Shown piece after piece: positions 46,976 through 50,025 of a stretch of 50,025 bases of DNA. Each line of letters begins with the position of its first letter. Position 1 is the stretch's first letter. This DNA comes from a virus (lineage: Duplodnaviria; Caudoviricetes): the IMG/VR virus record IMGVR_UViG_3300017739_000018, positions 1 to 50,025 of that record. One strand, 5' to 3'. The translations under genes and the position numbers were made by a program. Below the pieces are notes generated by a model. That model did no database searches and was not told the DNA's origin. It saw only the letters and a list, made by a program, of their open reading frames with translations.

Positions 46976-46977
46976 TT

Positions 46978-47442
46978 TTATCCTCGTGCGCGTGGCGTCA
47001 CTTTAATCGGGGTCGTACCGAGCTGTAAAAGCGGGCCTTTTGCTGGGCGTGTTCGTAACTGCTGTACTGTCTGAGCAATTACGCTACCTGCTCGAGCGTT
47101 ACTAGCCGCACGAACAGCGTTCTGTACTTTAGCGGTGTAGCCAAGATCGACGGCGGAAGCTTTATACGACCCCGAGCTAACTGCGGAACGCGAGCCACTA
47201 GATAATCGCTGACCTTTAGGAGTGCCAAATTGTGGCATTCCTTTTTCACCGTACAGCAGTGTCTTAGCTTGTACGGCAATTTCTGCGGCTGTTTTAGTTT
47301 TATCTAAAAAGTCACCTGACAACGCTCTATCAAGAAAGCTACCTTCGTACGCCTTACCTGCTGTGCTCGTAAAATCGGAAAACGTCGCATCTCCAGTTAC
47401 CACACCCCACCCGGTTGTTACCACGTCCCAAAACCCTGCCAT
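46978..47442 (-). CDS. Putative internal virion protein
   Basis: MAGFWD start, Gly/Ser/Ala-rich; synteny. Confidence 0.5.
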   Translation of the reverse strand: MAGFWDVVTTGWGVVTGDATFSDFTSTAGKAYEGSFLDRALSGDFLDKTKTAAEIAVQAKTLLYGEKGMPQFGTPKGQRLSSGSRSAVSSGSYKASAVDLGYTAKVQNAVRAASNARAGSVIAQTVQQLRTRPAKGPLLQLGTTPIKVTPRARG

Positions 47443-47456
47443 CTATCGCTCCTTAT

Positions 47457-48845
47457 TTAATCGCTCAAGAACCCGAGTATACTAGCTAACGCCGCACTAC
47501 CCACGGAGGCCGCTGTCTCATACTCGCTCTCAAGCCCAAACATGTCTACGTTTGCGTTTTTTTCAAACTCTAACATCGCTAATTGATGTGCACGTGATGC
47601 CGCATTCTCTGTGGACTGCATAACCCACGCACTTTCGTCGCGGTACCGTTGCCACAACGCAGACAGTGCGGATTGAGTTATTTGTAAAACATTAAGTGCA
47701 TTTTGACGCTGTGCTTCGTTCAACACCGCAGTATCGGCTTTAGCAATGTCTCGACGCCATTGAGCATTTGATTGATCAATCTGTGTTTGCATCGACGTGT
47801 CGAAACGTTCGCGGGCGTCTTCAAGTGACGCGTTAAACTGTGCAATTGAGTTAGCTTGGTCGACGTTAAACTGTCCCATTGCGGCAACACGGTTTGCATT
47901 TGCGTTGTCTACCTGTACACCAAGCTCCGCAAAAAACTCGTCCACTTGTTGCTGAGACTTTGCGTTAAACTGAGCGGCGGCGTTTTCGGCCGCCGTATCC
48001 GTAAACACAGCCTGTAGCATGCCTTGGTAGTTCAAAGTTTCCGTAGCTTGTTCGTTGTTAAGGTTTTGAAGATCAATCGCAAGAAAACTTTGAGCGTTTG
48101 TAATAGCCGCTTTCATACGGGCATCTAAATTCGCCATGTCCATCTGAGCCATAGCGGCCGCATTTTGTAGTACAGCGGCTTGTCTGTTATTTAAGTTAGC
48201 AATGTTAATCTTGGAGTACTCAGCGGCATCAGCGGCGGCGATAGGCAAGCCTGCTTCAAGAACAGCTTGTGACACTGCGGCGGCGGCCATTGAGCTTGCC
48301 CCAAGACCTCGCTGTGCCATGATAGACGACGCGACACGCACAGGACCCGCCGCCCAAGGAGGCAGAGGTTTACCTTCTTCGATTGAACTGTACAGCTCCC
48401 CTAATTGGAAACTTACAAGTTGCTCTTGCTGGACTTTTCCTTGAGCCGCTTCAGCAATCGCTTCAGAAGAAAGTGTGCCTTGTGGAGCTTCAATGGTAAC
48501 TTCCGGAGAAATATCAGAGCGTTCAAGCTGGGCCGCTGTTGCATTCGTTATTTGATCTGCGGCGGTGCTAGCTTCGTAAGAGTACTCGTCTTTTTCCGGT
48601 GTGGCAGGAGCTGTTACAAGGGTGGGGTCGTCCGCTTTTTCTGCTGTAACAGACGGGGCCTGTGCGTCAAGCCCGGTGTAAGAGACTTCGGCATCCGTTA
48701 GGTCTTGGTCTGCTATTTTTTCGGGAGCAATGGACGCGCCTTCAGGCATTTCGCCGGACAGACGATCTTCAACCGTGGACGTTAGAGACGCCGCGTCTCC
48801 GCCCTCTGCCATCTTACGTCTATGTCTACTTTGATTATATATCAT
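47457..48845 (-). CDS. Ala/Gln/Asn-rich DNA ejection (pilot-like) protein
   Basis: RGLGASSMAAAA and repeated QFN units in a long helix. Confidence 0.6.
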   Translation of the reverse strand: MIYNQSRHRRKMAEGGDAASLTSTVEDRLSGEMPEGASIAPEKIADQDLTDAEVSYTGLDAQAPSVTAEKADDPTLVTAPATPEKDEYSYEASTAADQITNATAAQLERSDISPEVTIEAPQGTLSSEAIAEAAQGKVQQEQLVSFQLGELYSSIEEGKPLPPWAAGPVRVASSIMAQRGLGASSMAAAAVSQAVLEAGLPIAAADAAEYSKINIANLNNRQAAVLQNAAAMAQMDMANLDARMKAAITNAQSFLAIDLQNLNNEQATETLNYQGMLQAVFTDTAAENAAAQFNAKSQQQVDEFFAELGVQVDNANANRVAAMGQFNVDQANSIAQFNASLEDARERFDTSMQTQIDQSNAQWRRDIAKADTAVLNEAQRQNALNVLQITQSALSALWQRYRDESAWVMQSTENAASRAHQLAMLEFEKNANVDMFGLESEYETAASVGSAALASILGFLSD

Positions 48846-48848
48846 ATC

Positions 48849-49223
48849 TTACTTCCGCATCTTCATAATAGTGTCGGCACCTTTGATGCCAAATGACGCG
48901 AGTACCCCTGTGTATAAGAGATACTGATAAAATTCAGGAAGTTGTTGAAGCGCAGTAAATCCTGCGTGAACACGATCAATAATTGCTGTATCATCTATTA
49001 TAACGCCGTATCCAATAAACCACAACGGAAGTGTCAGAAGAATTATTAGATATTCATCTTTCCACGAGTTAGAAGTAGCATCAGCCATCCGAGCTTCCCA
49101 GTCAGCATCAGTCTTGAGTTTCTCTAGCTTTACTTCCTGCTTAACTTTTTGCTCTTCAGCTTTGCCTTTGACCCAGCCCTTGGCTAAATCAACAACTCCA
49201 CTTAATACTGTTCCCCAAATCAT
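48849..49223 (-). CDS. Holin-like membrane protein
   Basis: SWKDEYLIILLTLP, LPEFYQYLL..VLASFGIKG. Confidence 0.6.
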   Translation of the reverse strand: MIWGTVLSGVVDLAKGWVKGKAEEQKVKQEVKLEKLKTDADWEARMADATSNSWKDEYLIILLTLPLWFIGYGVIIDDTAIIDRVHAGFTALQQLPEFYQYLLYTGVLASFGIKGADTIMKMRK

Positions 49224-49241
49224 GTTGCTCCGCCTACTTTG

Positions 49242-49427
49242 TTATACGCCTGTTTTTTTATCGTCTGGTACAGGTATGCAAGACATTCCTCGCGGGTCTT
49301 CTTCGTTTTGCATTATTACCATTGCTTCTTTAAAACAATCCTGTGGATTCTCGTATTCTTTACGATCTACTATTTGCAAAAAACCCGGTTGCATAGCTAT
49401 TGTGATTATTCCGTATACAGTCCACAT
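49242..49427 (-). CDS. Small protein with hydrophobic N-terminus and two Cys
   Basis: AAGGGG RBS; YENPQDC...SCIP. Confidence 0.5.
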   Translation of the reverse strand: MWTVYGIITIAMQPGFLQIVDRKEYENPQDCFKEAMVIMQNEEDPRGMSCIPVPDDKKTGV

Positions 49428-49428
49428 C

Positions 49429-49878
49429 TTATTTCCCCTTCGTCGTTATAAGCCAATATAAGATGTAACCAAATATGCCAATAGCAGAAAGGGCGGCAAT
49501 GGTAACAATAATGCCAGTAGTCCATTCTTTAATTTGTCTGCGCTTACGAGCCTTGGCTTGTTCAATTCGTTTACGTTCATTTTCTTTCAGTTGTTTTCGG
49601 TTAGCGATAAATTTCTGGTAGTCCTCCCAAAGTCCTGAACGACCACTATAAATAAATAATTGTCGAATCTCAGATTCACGCTGTTGTATTTTCTCAAGCT
49701 CAAAGAAGGCTTCCATGTCACCGTCTTTCGCTTTCTTTTCAATTTGCTCTTTTGCGTCAGCGAGTTTGGTGAGTTGCGGCCCTAGCTCACCGACAGAGTG
49801 GATATGACCTGCAAACTCCTTGATAGCACCGATAGCATCGTTGGCTATCTTGACTGCGGCTATCGCTTCAAAAATCAT
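49429..49878 (-). CDS. Coiled-coil protein with C-terminal TM helix
   Basis: Start MIFEAIAAV by TAATG coupling; TM GIIVTIAALSAIGIFGYILYW. Confidence 0.6.
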   Translation of the reverse strand: MIFEAIAAVKIANDAIGAIKEFAGHIHSVGELGPQLTKLADAKEQIEKKAKDGDMEAFFELEKIQQRESEIRQLFIYSGRSGLWEDYQKFIANRKQLKENERKRIEQAKARKRRQIKEWTTGIIVTIAALSAIGIFGYILYWLITTKGK

Positions 49879-50025
49879 TATACCACCTGCGTAATGAGTG
49901 CAACAACAGCAGAAATGACTGCAACAGTAGACATCATCACCATCGCCTCCAATCGCCACAGTCTTTTGTCAAGACCCTCCAGCTTGTCTTGCACATAACC
50001 ATAACGAATGGCACACTCAGCTTCA
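49878..50025 (-). CDS. Partial small membrane protein (5' end outside the window)
   Basis: EAECAIRYGYVQDKLEGLDKRLWRLEAMVMMSTVAVISAVVALITQVV then stop. Confidence 0.55.
   Translation of the reverse strand, partial: EAECAIRYGYVQDKLEGLDKRLWRLEAMVMMSTVAVISAVVALITQVV

Overview
This window is most of a lytic-looking marine podophage genome resembling HMO-2011-type phages. The hallmark is a family A DNA polymerase carrying a DnaJ-like CxxCxGxG zinc finger, and no phage RNA polymerase is visible. A GcrA-like HTH gene suggests an alphaproteobacterial host (inference). Layout: minus-strand packaging/structural arm (18.4 kb to 1: terS, terL, a tyrosine-recombinase-fold protein, portal, scaffold, capsid, small basic proteins, lysozyme, tail tube proteins, fibers); a non-coding region at 18.4-19.1 kb; a minus-strand early cluster with tRNA-Cys (19.1-23.2 kb); a plus-strand replication arm (primase, helicase, HNH-AP2, split DNA polymerase, SSB-like protein, nucleases, class Ia RNR; 23.4-37.7 kb); and a second minus-strand virion/lysis block (50.0 to 37.7 kb). 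Most notable: (1) a conserved GC-rich element at an identical position downstream of three sigma70 promoters, one of which drives only a short non-coding transcript; (2) a tyrosine recombinase domain fused to a virion-like tail between terL and portal; (3) a polymerase split into exonuclease and polymerase genes by seven small ORFs; (4) an unannotated 40-aa His/Cys/Glu peptide; (5) tandem covarying hairpins before the scaffold gene; (6) a promoter-bounded structured RNA before nrdB. All family calls come from motif recognition, not database searches.
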